Of a DNA stretch of 51,083 bases, positions 29,942 to 40,567 are shown in pieces. Position numbers and translations under genes: made by a program. The stretch is from an uncultured Bacilli bacterium. Lineage in GTDB: Bacteria; Bacillota_I; Bacilli_A; RF39; UBA660. The stretch covers positions 1 through 51,083 of the forward strand of contig CANQJD010000003.1 of assembly GCA_947624175.1 (NCBI GenBank). Direction: 5' to 3'. The notes beneath the pieces are model-generated. The model did not search any database, was not told the DNA's origin, and saw only the letters and a list, made by a program, of their open reading frames with translations. Positions within the stretch are counted from its first letter, which is position 1. Each line of letters begins with the position of its first letter.

Positions 29942-30775
29942 ATGAAATTCTCAAAAATATATGTTGAAATCACGAATATTTGTAATTTAAATTGTTCTTT
30001 TTGTAGTAAAGATAATCGAATTAAAGAAGAAATGTCTTTAGAAAACTTTGAACTTATCTTAAAGAAAATAAAAAATTATACAAAGTCTATTTATTTACAT
30101 GTTAAAGGTGAGCCTTTACTTTATTCAAAACTTGATGAGTTATTAACTTTATGTGATAACTATAATATGAAAGTTAAAATAACAACTAATGGTACTTTAT
30201 TAAAAGAGAAACTTGAAATTCTAAATAATCATTCTTCTTTAAAACAATTAAATATTTCTTTGCATTCTGAAAATAATAATCCAAATTACTTTCAAGAAGT
30301 GTTTGAAACTTCCGATAAAATTAAAAATATTTCCATCGTTTATCGTATTTGGTTACTTGATAACTTAAATTTAGATATTTTATCCACCAAAATTGTGGAA
30401 AAAATTATTAAGTATTATAAATTAGATAAAAGTTTTATGGAAGAAGTTAAGAAAAATAAAAATATTAAAATAAAAAATAACTTATATCTCGATAAAGATA
30501 ATTACTTTAATTGGCCTAAAGAAAAGAAGGAAAGTAATCTTACAAAAGGAACTTGTCTTGGAACTAGAAGTCATATAGCCATTTTAGTAAACGGGGATGT
30601 TGTTCCTTGTTGTCTTGATTCAGGTGGTATTTTAAAACTTGGAAATATTTTTAAAGAAGATTTAGATACTATTTTAAATAAAGAGTTATTTCAAAAAATA
30701 AATAAGGGTTTTAAAGATCAACAAGTAGTTGCTAAACTTTGTCAAACTTGTGATTTTAGAAAGAAATTTGAATAA
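29942..30775 (+). CDS. Radical SAM/SPASM domain protein
   Basis: CNLNCSFC, GEP, TTNG, GDVVPCCLD, C-terminal CxxC. Confidence 0.9.
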   Translation: MKFSKIYVEITNICNLNCSFCSKDNRIKEEMSLENFELILKKIKNYTKSIYLHVKGEPLLYSKLDELLTLCDNYNMKVKITTNGTLLKEKLEILNNHSSLKQLNISLHSENNNPNYFQEVFETSDKIKNISIVYRIWLLDNLNLDILSTKIVEKIIKYYKLDKSFMEEVKKNKNIKIKNNLYLDKDNYFNWPKEKKESNLTKGTCLGTRSHIAILVNGDVVPCCLDSGGILKLGNIFKEDLDTILNKELFQKINKGFKDQQVVAKLCQTCDFRKKFE

Positions 30776-30827
30776 TTGCATAAGTATTAAAAATATGATA
30801 TACTTATACCATTAAAGGAGTGATATA

Positions 30828-31169
30828 ATGGCTAAATTTTGTATTAATTGTGGTAAAGAATTAAAAGAAGGAGCAGATATTTGCTTAAACTGTGGTAAAA
30901 TTGTTCCTACTGAAGAAGAACCTAAAAAAGTTAATCCTAATGCTAAAAGTAAAATAGCAGCTGGTATATTAGGTATTTGTTTAGGTTGCTTTGGAGTTCA
31001 TAATTTCTATTTAGGTTATACCGGAAAAGCCATTGCTCAATTGTCGATAACTTTAGTTTCCTTTTTTTTACTTTTCCCAATATCTGCTATTTGGGGCTTT
31101 ATAGAAGGAATCTTAATTTTATGTGGTAGCATTGATAAAGATGCAAATGGAGAAAAATTAATTGATTAA
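30828..31169 (+). CDS. TM2 domain protein with N-terminal zinc ribbon
   Basis: FCINCG...CLNCG; KSKIAAGILG...GVHNFYLG. Confidence 0.9.
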   Translation: MAKFCINCGKELKEGADICLNCGKIVPTEEEPKKVNPNAKSKIAAGILGICLGCFGVHNFYLGYTGKAIAQLSITLVSFFLLFPISAIWGFIEGILILCGSIDKDANGEKLID

Positions 31170-31188
31170 AAAAATATTCATATCAACA

Positions 31189-32412
31189 TCAATATGAATA
31201 TTTTTTTCTTAATAAATGAACAATTAGAAAAACTATTAAAGATAGAATAAGATAAGGTATAATAGATTCTAAAAACATTAGAAAAGTAAATTTAATATAT
31301 TTAAAGTAACTAACATAAATTATTAAAAAATAACTAATTCTATATATTAAGATAAAACTTAATATCATAAGAAGTTTAAAAATATTTCTTTCTTTATTAT
31401 TAACTCTTAAAGCAATAAATTCTAAAGAATTATGACATTCATATATATAAAGATTATAAGTTATATAAGAAGTTAAAGTAATATTAAATAAAAAGATAAG
31501 AAATTCTAAAAAACCATAATCATGAATGTTTTTTAAACTAACTAAATTAATAATAATATTAGGATTAAACATATCTTTTGAAATACCTAACCCCATCATA
31601 TATAGATAAACTAATAAAAAGATTAGTTCAACTAGTAACCACTTCCATAAATGGCTTTTGAAATTATTAAGTAATATTAGAAATTGATATTTTAAACTAA
31701 CAAAGTTTTTCTTAATTATTAATAAGTTAGTTATTAAAACTAATAAAGATAAAAGAATAATTTGAATAATACTACCTAATAATTCTAAATTAAAATTAGT
31801 CCAAGTTGCCCTTGTTAAATAACTACTATAAAGAAATGAAATATGACTAAATCTAGTTGGAGTAATAAAAAATAAGAGAATAAAGATTAAAGATATAAAA
31901 AAGGCTAGATTTTTATTCATAATGTTAAATAGATTAAAGAATAACTTAGTAATTAAATAAAGAATTATAACTTCTCTAATTAGAAAAAAGATATTATATA
32001 AAGCTAAATCTATATTATAGATTTCATGATAATAAGTATCTATTTTAAAACCAATTTTAAATAATAGAAAGAATGTATTAAAGATAAGATTGATTGTAAA
32101 AATTAAGCCTAGAAATATTAATATTCTTTTTAAAGTAGATTTATAAAACTCTTTATAGTTTTTATATCTTAATATATAAATACTATCTTTTAAAGAAGTA
32201 TTTATCATTACAACACTTATTAAAATAATACCTATAAAAAAGAAGTTATAACTAGTTAAAAAATCATAAAATAATTTATGAAAATTAGGATTAATGGGAG
32301 TACCTGCTAAAGTTGGAAGACTACTTGCTAGTAATATGATTAAGATAATAAGTAAATGTTTACTTTTAAAAACAGCTAAACTTTCATTTAGAAGATTATT
32401 TAATTTATTCAT
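31189..32412 (-). CDS. Polytopic membrane protein, probable ABC exporter permease
   Basis: About 11-12 hydrophobic segments; overlaps the ATPase stop. Confidence 0.65.
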   Translation of the reverse strand: MNKLNNLLNESLAVFKSKHLLIILIILLASSLPTLAGTPINPNFHKLFYDFLTSYNFFFIGIILISVVMINTSLKDSIYILRYKNYKEFYKSTLKRILIFLGLIFTINLIFNTFFLLFKIGFKIDTYYHEIYNIDLALYNIFFLIREVIILYLITKLFFNLFNIMNKNLAFFISLIFILLFFITPTRFSHISFLYSSYLTRATWTNFNLELLGSIIQIILLSLLVLITNLLIIKKNFVSLKYQFLILLNNFKSHLWKWLLVELIFLLVYLYMMGLGISKDMFNPNIIINLVSLKNIHDYGFLEFLIFLFNITLTSYITYNLYIYECHNSLEFIALRVNNKERNIFKLLMILSFILIYRISYFLIIYVSYFKYIKFTFLMFLESIIPYLILSLIVFLIVHLLRKKYSY

Positions 32413-33034
32413 GAACTAAACCTGCATCAAAGTAATAAATTTTATCACTTAATTCTTCTAAATCATCTTTAATATGACTAGATAGAATAATCGTTTTTCC
32501 AGAATTAGCAAGTTCTCTTAAATAAGATTTTATTTTTAAAACAGTATCATTTTCAATGCCATTAAAGGGTTCATCAAGAATAATTACTTGACTATCTTCC
32601 ATAACGGCTTGAGCAATTCCTAATTTTTGTTTCATACCAAGAGAGTATTTACTAAATTTCTTATCTTTTTCAGTTATTAAATTAACTTTTTCTAAAGTAT
32701 CTAAAATTTCTTTATCACCAATTTCTTTTTTAATATTAGCAAGTAGTTGTAGGTTTTCATAACCAGTTAAGTTAGGAAAAAAGGCTGGTTTTTCAATTAA
32801 AGCTGCAATATGTTTAGGAACTTCCAAGTTAGGGTTTATCTTTACTCCATCATAAAGTATTACTCCACTGGTTGGAACATATAAACCACATAGCATTTTT
32901 AAAAGAACACTTTTGCCACTTCCATTCCGACCGGCTAAACCATAAATTTTACCACTTTCAAAGGTCATATTAACATCACTTAAAATAACATTATCTTTAA
33001 AACTTTTAGATACATTTTTAACTTCTATTCGCAT
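32405..33034 (-). CDS. ABC transporter ATP-binding protein
   Basis: GRNGSGKS, YSLGMKQ, LDEP, SSH. Confidence 0.95.
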   Translation of the reverse strand: MRIEVKNVSKSFKDNVILSDVNMTFESGKIYGLAGRNGSGKSVLLKMLCGLYVPTSGVILYDGVKINPNLEVPKHIAALIEKPAFFPNLTGYENLQLLANIKKEIGDKEILDTLEKVNLITEKDKKFSKYSLGMKQKLGIAQAVMEDSQVIILDEPFNGIENDTVLKIKSYLRELANSGKTIILSSHIKDDLEELSDKIYYFDAGLVHE

Positions 33035-33043
33035 ATTCTCCTC

Positions 33044-33970
33044 CTAATTATTTTTTTCACAAGAAATTATTAATTTTTCTTTATTACGATAACATAAATA
33101 AACAATGAAACTTGTTATAAGTACTAATGAGATAACATAAATAAAGTAAACTAAGACTCCTGGCTCTAAATTCATTCTAAATACTTCTAATATTTTAAAT
33201 AGTTGATTATTATACATACTTTTGCCAGTTGCATCATATAACTTTTGCCAAATTATGCCACCCGGGACAATTTCTAAAAATAATTCTATAGCAATAACTA
33301 AAAGAAACGATTCTATCACAGCTAAATAGTAATTATGTTGATATCTTACAACTATTAAACCTAAATTTAAATAAGTTACGGAATATAAGAAAACACTTAT
33401 AAGATTGGTAATAATTAATAGTATAGGTGATGCATAAACAAAACTTTCAAACATATAACTATTTTTAGCAACTTCATAATTAAAATCCGAACCAATTAAA
33501 CAAACTATAAAAATTAAAAGCATGATTAAGGGCCAAAACCAAACTGATTTAAAAACACTTTTAAATATTCTTTTTAGGAAATCTTTATAGTTTTCTCTTT
33601 TTAACATTAAAAGGGCTGTTCGATTTTTTAAAATACTACTAATTTCTTTTAAAGTGATAATAAATAACACAAGTCCAAATATTTCACATACATATAGTAA
33701 ATCCCCATAGGCTATAATATCTAATTTATAATAAAAATCATCTGCATTATAATCAAAAGTTCCATTTTTAACTTCCATACAAACATCATATAATTCTGAT
33801 GATGCATATTTATTTGTATTGTCAAATACACTTGCACACGTATTATTTAAAAGTCTTTTTTCATTTTTAATTCCATTATTAACATCTATTGCTATTTTTG
33901 CAACTAAAAGTAAACCAAAGAGTAAACATAATATTGTTAACCAATTTTTCTTAATAAATTTCATAAGCAT
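33044..33970 (-). CDS. ABC exporter permease-like membrane protein, copy 2
   Basis: Multiple TMs, near-duplicate of 34187-35092. Confidence 0.72.
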   Translation of the reverse strand: MLMKFIKKNWLTILCLLFGLLLVAKIAIDVNNGIKNEKRLLNNTCASVFDNTNKYASSELYDVCMEVKNGTFDYNADDFYYKLDIIAYGDLLYVCEIFGLVLFIITLKEISSILKNRTALLMLKRENYKDFLKRIFKSVFKSVWFWPLIMLLIFIVCLIGSDFNYEVAKNSYMFESFVYASPILLIITNLISVFLYSVTYLNLGLIVVRYQHNYYLAVIESFLLVIAIELFLEIVPGGIIWQKLYDATGKSMYNNQLFKILEVFRMNLEPGVLVYFIYVISLVLITSFIVYLCYRNKEKLIISCEKNN

Positions 33971-34123
33971 CTACCTTATAAATTAAGTATAGCATATGTC
34001 ATATATATAAACAATATGATTTTTTAAAAAATTAATAAAACTCACTAATAAAAATTCGTTTCATTAGAAAAATGACTCTTTTTCAATTAGTTTGATGCAC
34101 ATATATTTTTTTAATTTGTAACA

Positions 34124-34177
34124 TTACCTACAAATATCTTTAAAACTTTTTGATACATTTTTAACTTCTATTCGCAT
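34124..34177 (-). pseudogene. Truncated duplicate of the ABC ATPase 5' end
   Basis: MRIEVKNVSKSFKD-ICR* with the same GGAGGAG RBS as 33034. Confidence 0.8.
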
Positions 34178-34186
34178 ATTCTCCTC

Positions 34187-35092
34187 CTAATTATTTTTTT
34201 CACATGCAATTATTAATTTTTCTTTATTACGATAACATAAATAAACAATAAAACCAGTTATAAGTACTAAAGATATAACATAAATAAAGTAAACTAAAAC
34301 TCCTGAATCTAAATTTATTCTAAATACTTCTAAAATTTTAAATAATTGACTATTATACATATCTTTACCAGTTGCTTTGTATAATTGTTGCCAAATTATA
34401 AAACCAGGTACAACTTCTAAAAATATTTCAATAGCAATAACTAAAAGAAACGATTCTATTACAGCTAAATAGTAATTGTGTTGATGTCTTACAACTATTA
34501 AACCTAAATTTAAATAAGTTATAGAATATAGAAAAACACTTATAATATTTAAAATAATAAAGAGTACAGGTGATGCATAAAGAGAATTTGTATTTGGCTT
34601 ATAATTAAAATCTGAACCAATTAAACAAACTATAAAAATTAAAAGCATAATTAAAGGCCAAAACCAAGCTGGTTTAAAAACACTTTTAAATATTCTTTTT
34701 AGAAAATCTTTATAGTTTTCTCTTTTTAACATTAAAAGGGCTGTTCGATTTTTAAAAATACTACTAATTTCTTTTAAAGAGATAATAAATAATACAAGTC
34801 CAAATATATAACATGCGACTAGTAAACTTGAGTATGCTATATCTAATTTATAATGAAAATTATCTGAATAATAATCATACGTTCCATTCTTAAATTTCAA
34901 ACAATCATTATATAATTCTGATGATGAAGAAATATTAGAATTATTAAATGCATACGAACAAGCAGTATTTAAACTTTTATCTTCATTTTGAATTCCATTA
35001 TTAATATCTATTGCTACTCTTAGAACTAAAAATAAACCAAAGAATAAAAATATTATTGTTAACCAATTTTTCTTAATAAATTTCATAAGCAT
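34187..35092 (-). CDS. ABC exporter permease-like membrane protein, copy 1
   Basis: Multiple TMs, near-duplicate of 33044-33970. Confidence 0.72.
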   Translation of the reverse strand: MLMKFIKKNWLTIIFLFFGLFLVLRVAIDINNGIQNEDKSLNTACSYAFNNSNISSSSELYNDCLKFKNGTYDYYSDNFHYKLDIAYSSLLVACYIFGLVLFIISLKEISSIFKNRTALLMLKRENYKDFLKRIFKSVFKPAWFWPLIMLLIFIVCLIGSDFNYKPNTNSLYASPVLFIILNIISVFLYSITYLNLGLIVVRHQHNYYLAVIESFLLVIAIEIFLEVVPGFIIWQQLYKATGKDMYNSQLFKILEVFRINLDSGVLVYFIYVISLVLITGFIVYLCYRNKEKLIIACEKNN

Positions 35093-35195
35093 CTACCTTT
35101 ATAAATTAAGTATAACATATGTCATATATATAAACAATATGATTTTAAAAAAATTCAATGAATTAAATCAAATAATTTCATTGAATTTAGTATTT

Positions 35196-35585
35196 TTAAT
35201 TAACTTTCATATAACTTTTTTCAATAATTTTTTGAAGTTTTTGTTCACTTATAGGATACATAGAGGCAACATAAGAATTTTTATTTTCTCTTAATTTTAA
35301 TTTTACAACAACGCAAACATTTTCGTATAATTTTTTAAAATACATTAAACTTTTTCTATCTTTTTCATAATAAACAAAATCTGGTTCCAATATTATATTA
35401 TCAATATTTTCAATAGAGAAATCATAACTTTCTTTACTTTTAAAATCGTTTTTATGTTTTTCTATATGTGCATACAAATCTAATGAACGAACTATAGGCT
35501 TCTTTGCATATTCATATAAATTATATTTTTCTATTATATCTTCATTTATATATCCAACTTTTTTCTCAAATCTTTTGCTTGCCAT
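35196..35585 (-). CDS. PBECR-type (barnase/EndoU/colicin/RelE-like) nuclease-fold protein
   Basis: HIEKH...IDNIILEPDFV...YFKKL..NVCVVVKL...VASMYPI pattern; start reassigned to MASK after GAGGTGG. Confidence 0.62.
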   Translation of the reverse strand: MASKRFEKKVGYINEDIIEKYNLYEYAKKPIVRSLDLYAHIEKHKNDFKSKESYDFSIENIDNIILEPDFVYYEKDRKSLMYFKKLYENVCVVVKLKLRENKNSYVASMYPISEQKLQKIIEKSYMKVN

Positions 35586-35595
35586 AAACCACCTC

Positions 35596-35628
35596 AAAAA
35601 AATAACCCACACTATATTGTGTGGGTAT
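35596..35628 (-). terminator. Rho-independent terminator immediately upstream of the PBECR RBS
   Basis: ACCCACAC-AATATA-GTGTGGGT-TATTTTTTT. Confidence 0.8.
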
Positions 35629-35740
35629 CATGAATGAAGTAGTCTCCCAGTCCTACATGTATACTTTCACCATAAGGTTACTCGGACTTATTAAAATAAG
35701 CGTTAGTGCAAGAAGAAAATTTACACCCTATTCATTCATA
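35629..35740 (-). ncRNA. Candidate structured RNA of unknown class
   Basis: Closing stem ATGAATGAA/TTCATTCAT enclosing GGTGTAA/TTGCACT, AGTCC/GGACT and ACC-TTAT-GGT; GC above background. Confidence 0.5.
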
Positions 35741-35957
35741 AAATATAGTTAACCTATTGTATATACTATATTACTCAAAAGAGTATGAAAATACAAATTA
35801 AGTTTTTCACTCAATTAAGTAATATTATACTAACACATTATTACATTATTTGTCAATACTTTTTGTATTATTTTAATATTATTTAAGTATAACTATATCA
35901 CTATTAATATATGCAACAATCTATTAGATAATTTAAAAAGAAACTAATATCTAGTTT

Positions 35958-36749
35958 CTAACCTAATAAAACATCTAAAACCATCATTATTGTAAAGCCA
36001 ACAAGGCAGCACATGGCCATTACATCTTTACTTTCATTAGTTTGACTTTCAGGTATTAATTCTTCCGTTACAACATAAATCATAGCTCCAGCTGCAAATG
36101 CTAAAAGGAATGGTAAGATTACTCGAATTTTTAATACTAATAAGGCTCCGATAACTCCTGCAATTGGTTCAACTATTCCACTTAATTGACCAATAAAGAA
36201 AGACATTTTTCTAGATACTCCTTCCCTTCTTAAGGGAACACTAACAGCTGTTCCTTCGGGAAAATTTTGAATACCAATGCCGAGTGCCAAAGTCCAAGCC
36301 GACATTAAAGTTGCACCATCTAAACCATATAAAGTTGAACCAAAGGCAACCCCTACTGCTAGTCCCTCTGGAATATTATGAAGAGTGATAGAAGTTATTA
36401 ACATTAAAACACGTTTATTAGTTGAATGATTACCTCTTTTTTCTATACTTTTCATGACTTTATCGCCAATAAAAAGTAATAATCCTCCGGCTAAAAAACC
36501 TATTGAAACAACTAGCATTGTATTCATATGTAAATTCTCAGCCATTGTAATCGAAGGTGAAAGCAAAGACCAAAATGAAGCGGCTACCATTACTCCGGCT
36601 GCAATTCCTAACATACCATCTAATAAATTCTTATGAACTTTTTTGAACATAAAAACTAAAGCCGCCCCAAGAGCTGTAACTCCCCAAGTAAAAATGGTTG
36701 CTATTAAAGCTTGAATAATTGGATTTAATGTAAAAATAAAATTAGACAT
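35958..36749 (-). CDS. ZIP family metal transporter (GufA/ZupT-like)
   Basis: AAGVMVAASFWSLL, TLHNIPEGLAVG, IQNFPEG, EELIPE. Confidence 0.93.
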   Translation of the reverse strand: MSNFIFTLNPIIQALIATIFTWGVTALGAALVFMFKKVHKNLLDGMLGIAAGVMVAASFWSLLSPSITMAENLHMNTMLVVSIGFLAGGLLLFIGDKVMKSIEKRGNHSTNKRVLMLITSITLHNIPEGLAVGVAFGSTLYGLDGATLMSAWTLALGIGIQNFPEGTAVSVPLRREGVSRKMSFFIGQLSGIVEPIAGVIGALLVLKIRVILPFLLAFAAGAMIYVVTEELIPESQTNESKDVMAMCCLVGFTIMMVLDVLLG

Positions 36750-36800
36750 CTCTAAATACCTCTATTAATAAGGTATTAAAAACATCTAACTTTGTATAGG

Positions 36801-37733
36801 CTAATTTAATGGTATTCCATCACCATATGATTTATTTTCAAATAATTTTTCTAAATCAACCTTTTTATCTTCAAAAATATATTCATAAGTTTTTTCTATT
36901 ATATTAGAAGCCTTATCTATAACTTCATCATATAACTCTAAAAAAGATTTCTTACTTTTAGAATTTGCATTTTTTAAATTAAACCATTCTGCATGTTCTA
37001 AATTTAAGTAAAAGTTATCATTATCAAGTGGAAAATTATAAGATAAGTATCTTACATCTCGAAATAAGCGAGAAGCAAAAATATTAGCAAAATTATAAAA
37101 TTTTCTTTTTAAACCTGTTGGGTCATATCTTAAAAAATGAAAGAAATTTTTCATATCAGAAATTGCTTTATAAAAGTATTCTCCAATATTATCTTCTTGA
37201 AATACTTCTTTAAATGCTTTATTTAATAAGTTTACAATATCTTCATTTCTTTCTACTTTAAATAATTCCTCATATATTTTATATTTTTTATAATCGATAT
37301 TTTCACGATTTTTTATAAAGTAATTATCTAAATATGTTTCAATTTGAAAATGAGCATCTCTCATCGTAAAATGTTTTTTAGTAATTGTTTTAGCCTTATA
37401 ATTAATATAAGGATGAATAGTTGAATCTGCAGCATAATGAGTAAGCAAGCCCATTAAATACATGAATTGTGAGATATTTTTAGTCTCCTTAATTTGATTA
37501 GTTAAATTAATCAAAAATTCATTAGTTTTAGAGTGATGAGCTGTTGCTCCTAACTTAGTTACAGTATTATAAGGCTTTATAGATAAAATTTTATAGAAAT
37601 ATAAAATATCAAAACCTGATGAAAACATTAATAATTCATTATAATTTTCATTAGTTATCTTCCTAGTTATTTTTTTATCTAACTTTTTATAAACATCTTT
37701 AGCAATATATGCATGTGTTACAGTTGATGGCAT
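36801..37733 (-). CDS. Zinc-dependent phospholipase C family protein
   Basis: MPSTVTH, THYAADSTIHPY, HFQIETYLD. Confidence 0.8.
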   Translation of the reverse strand: MPSTVTHAYIAKDVYKKLDKKITRKITNENYNELLMFSSGFDILYFYKILSIKPYNTVTKLGATAHHSKTNEFLINLTNQIKETKNISQFMYLMGLLTHYAADSTIHPYINYKAKTITKKHFTMRDAHFQIETYLDNYFIKNRENIDYKKYKIYEELFKVERNEDIVNLLNKAFKEVFQEDNIGEYFYKAISDMKNFFHFLRYDPTGLKRKFYNFANIFASRLFRDVRYLSYNFPLDNDNFYLNLEHAEWFNLKNANSKSKKSFLELYDEVIDKASNIIEKTYEYIFEDKKVDLEKLFENKSYGDGIPLN

Positions 37734-37745
37734 ATTACCTCCTGT

Positions 37746-39332
37746 TTATTTTATTTCAGTTACAACTCGAATGTTATTACTTTCATAATATTTAACATTA
37801 TATTTTTGATTTACTCTTATAAATGGTAATAATTCTTTATTAACTTTAATACTAACTGAATATCTATTGTCATTCGTATCAATTAAATAATAATAAGTTA
37901 TTCCATCTATAACAGCTGTATTAATCTCTTTAATTGTAATATCAAGACTTGCTAAATCTTTATTACTTCCCGAATTATCACTTAAATAAATTCTTGCAGC
38001 TTCTTCTATTCCTAGGGAAGCATCACTTGTTACTACTTTTTGATAATCTGAAACATCTACAAAAGCATACATTTTAACAAGTCCAGCATTATCTTTTAAA
38101 GATAAAAGATATGTTGGTTTATTATTAAGATTAATTAAAAGTGGGAAAGTAGAACGATATTTTTTATCTTGAACAACTCCTTCAGCACTAGCCATAGCTG
38201 AATATTCTTCAGCTCCAGGAACACTATAGAAATGAGTTTCTTTAGTCCTCATATTGGTTAAAATAAATCCTAAATTTGATTCATCTGATGAAACAGAAGT
38301 TACACCTGTATAAAGATAAACATCATCATTCATCGTTAAATAGTTATATCCATCGGTTGTATTAACTACTCCTTTTTGACCAAAGATAGAATTAAAGAAA
38401 CCATTTTTATATTCTCCCCAATTATCAAACTGTTCAATTATTAAATTAGCATCATAGACATGGTCTATCCAAGTTGGAACATCTCCAACTTTATACCATT
38501 TACTATCACCTGTAATTGGGTCTAAAACGATAACGCCTGAAACTTCTTTCTTTAAACCTACTCCCTTATAGGCTAAAGTTTCAACTATCCAATAAGGATT
38601 ACCTTCATTATCAATTTCAAAATTCTTTTCTCCAAGAATTTTCGTTGGATAACTTAATCTTAACTTTCGATTTAAGTTTTCAAAAAACATAGCTGATGGC
38701 ATATATTTCATACCTTTATCTAATCTAACTAATTTAGATTCACCATTAACGGAATTAACTGTAATATATCCTTTAACACCTTCCTTACGATTCGTGAAAT
38801 ATTTTATTATATCAGCATATTCAAGAGGTGTTACCCTGACAATTTCATTATTATAATTAATTTGAGTATATAAGTCTGAAACATAGAATTGGCTAACTAA
38901 ATCAGTCATAGCTCCCATGGTTCTATCTCCTAACTTCCTACTACTTTCTTTATCAAGAAGGGGAATAGCATTAAAGTCAACGGCTGGAACATCAGTTGCA
39001 AAATCTTTGGTTTCATCAACTTTAATCCGATTAGCATAAGAACTAGCATTGAAAAGAGGTGAACAGAAAATATTAATTAAAATAATTAAAACAATAATCG
39101 CAGGAATTACTAAAGTTAATTTTCCATAACTTAAAATTGATATTCCCCTACTCTTTCTAAATATTGTAGTTCCTACACTATTAAAAGCACTTATTGTAAT
39201 ATAAATAGCTAAAATTATAATTACAAAGACCCAAAAAGTTATATCTGAAAGATTTATAGGTGGTAACATAAAGTAATATAAAACTAAAGCAATTAATAAA
39301 GTTATTAAAATACTAATTAAATTTCTTTTCAT
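37746..39332 (-). CDS. Conserved membrane protein with large extracellular domain
   Basis: Three N-terminal TMs; VRVTPLEY, VPTWIDHVY, GAEEYSAMASAEG motifs. Confidence 0.7.
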   Translation of the reverse strand: MKRNLISILITLLIALVLYYFMLPPINLSDITFWVFVIIILAIYITISAFNSVGTTIFRKSRGISILSYGKLTLVIPAIIVLIILINIFCSPLFNASSYANRIKVDETKDFATDVPAVDFNAIPLLDKESSRKLGDRTMGAMTDLVSQFYVSDLYTQINYNNEIVRVTPLEYADIIKYFTNRKEGVKGYITVNSVNGESKLVRLDKGMKYMPSAMFFENLNRKLRLSYPTKILGEKNFEIDNEGNPYWIVETLAYKGVGLKKEVSGVIVLDPITGDSKWYKVGDVPTWIDHVYDANLIIEQFDNWGEYKNGFFNSIFGQKGVVNTTDGYNYLTMNDDVYLYTGVTSVSSDESNLGFILTNMRTKETHFYSVPGAEEYSAMASAEGVVQDKKYRSTFPLLINLNNKPTYLLSLKDNAGLVKMYAFVDVSDYQKVVTSDASLGIEEAARIYLSDNSGSNKDLASLDITIKEINTAVIDGITYYYLIDTNDNRYSVSIKVNKELLPFIRVNQKYNVKYYESNNIRVVTEIK

Positions 39333-40567
39333 TATTTTTCTCCTTCCGCAAGTACATCAAGTGCTTTTTGTAATTGACTATCATATTTATTTTCAGTATC
39401 ACTAGCCTTAAATTCTACTTCATAATCTGGTTTAATTCCTTCTCCATCAATCGAATTTCCTTTTGGAGTTAACCATTCTTGGAAAGTATATTTAATACTA
39501 GCCCCACTTGATAATTCTTGTGTTTTTTGAACTTTTCCTTTACCATAAGTAGTAGTTCCAACTACAATTGCACCATAACTTTCTTTTAAAGCTGCCGTTG
39601 TAACTTCACTAGCAGAAGCAGATCCTCCATTAACTAAAATAGCAACTGGATATTCACGTTTGGTTTCAGTTTTATCAAGAATTTTCTCAATTTTTTCCTT
39701 GGTTTTTAATTCGTAAATAACATCACCTTTTTTAGTAAACATTGAAATTATTTCATTAGCAGCTGTTAAATAACCCCCACTATTACTTCTAACATCAATT
39801 ATTAAAGAATCAATTTTCTCTTTTTCTAGCTCTTTTAAGGCTGTTTCAAACTGTTTAGATGTATTAGCAGCAAAAATATCCATAACTAAATAGCCTATCT
39901 TTTTATCATTATATTCAATTAATTCTTTTGTAACAGATTGAATATCAATATTTTCTCTTTTTACTTTAAAGGACATTTCTTTTTCATCTCTTAAAACCGT
40001 AATTTTAACAGTTGTACCTTCTTTTCCCTTAACAATATTTGAAATATCAGTTAAAGACATATCTTTGATATCTTTATCATCAACCTTTTTTAATAAGTCT
40101 TTATCTCTAATCCCGGCTTTATAGGCTGGTCCATCTTGATTAACATTTTGAAATTCTATTTTGCCGTCACCATAATCAGCTATTTCAGTTCCAATTCCAA
40201 CATATTCCCCCATAACTTTTTCAAGGAAGGCTGTACTTGCTTCTTCATCCATATAAACAGAATAAGGGTCTCCTAAAAAATTAACCATTCCATTTATTCC
40301 AGCTTCAAGTAATCCTTCTTCTGAAACATCTTTATAATAATCATTTAATATCTCTGTATAAGTTTCAACAAATTCATTTAATTCCTTTTTAATTCCAACA
40401 TTTAATGCACCTTTCCGATACATTAGAATTCCACCAACAAACATTCCAAAAATCGAGGTAATTATCATTAAACAAACAACTTCCATTAAATTAAATTTAT
40501 TTTTTTTATCAACAAAATTTGTATATTTTTTTAATGTTGATTTAATATTTTTTAACTTATTTTTCAT
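39332..40567 (-). CDS. ctpA: S41 family C-terminal processing protease
   Basis: LGDPYS, PDZ, IDVRSNSGG, SASASE, TYGKG. Confidence 0.9.
   Translation of the reverse strand: MKNKLKNIKSTLKKYTNFVDKKNKFNLMEVVCLMIITSIFGMFVGGILMYRKGALNVGIKKELNEFVETYTEILNDYYKDVSEEGLLEAGINGMVNFLGDPYSVYMDEEASTAFLEKVMGEYVGIGTEIADYGDGKIEFQNVNQDGPAYKAGIRDKDLLKKVDDKDIKDMSLTDISNIVKGKEGTTVKITVLRDEKEMSFKVKRENIDIQSVTKELIEYNDKKIGYLVMDIFAANTSKQFETALKELEKEKIDSLIIDVRSNSGGYLTAANEIISMFTKKGDVIYELKTKEKIEKILDKTETKREYPVAILVNGGSASASEVTTAALKESYGAIVVGTTTYGKGKVQKTQELSSGASIKYTFQEWLTPKGNSIDGEGIKPDYEVEFKASDTENKYDSQLQKALDVLAEGEK

Larger units (their letters stand above)
32993..35153 (-). repeat. Tandem duplication of about 1 kb (approx. 32993-34030 and 34136-35153)
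   Basis: Promoter region, permease gene and first 14 ATPase codons are all repeated. Confidence 0.88.

Noticed and set aside
29942-33034. RiPP cluster from radical SAM/SPASM plus ABC exporter
   Set aside because: The SPASM gene is coupled to uvrB, the exporter is on the opposite strand, and no precursor peptide was seen
35650-35695. Hammerhead ribozyme (stem-CCGAGTA-stem-GAAA-...-stem topology)
   Set aside because: Core deviates from CUGANGA, the C3-G8 pair is absent and stem III does not form; a cleavage assay would settle it
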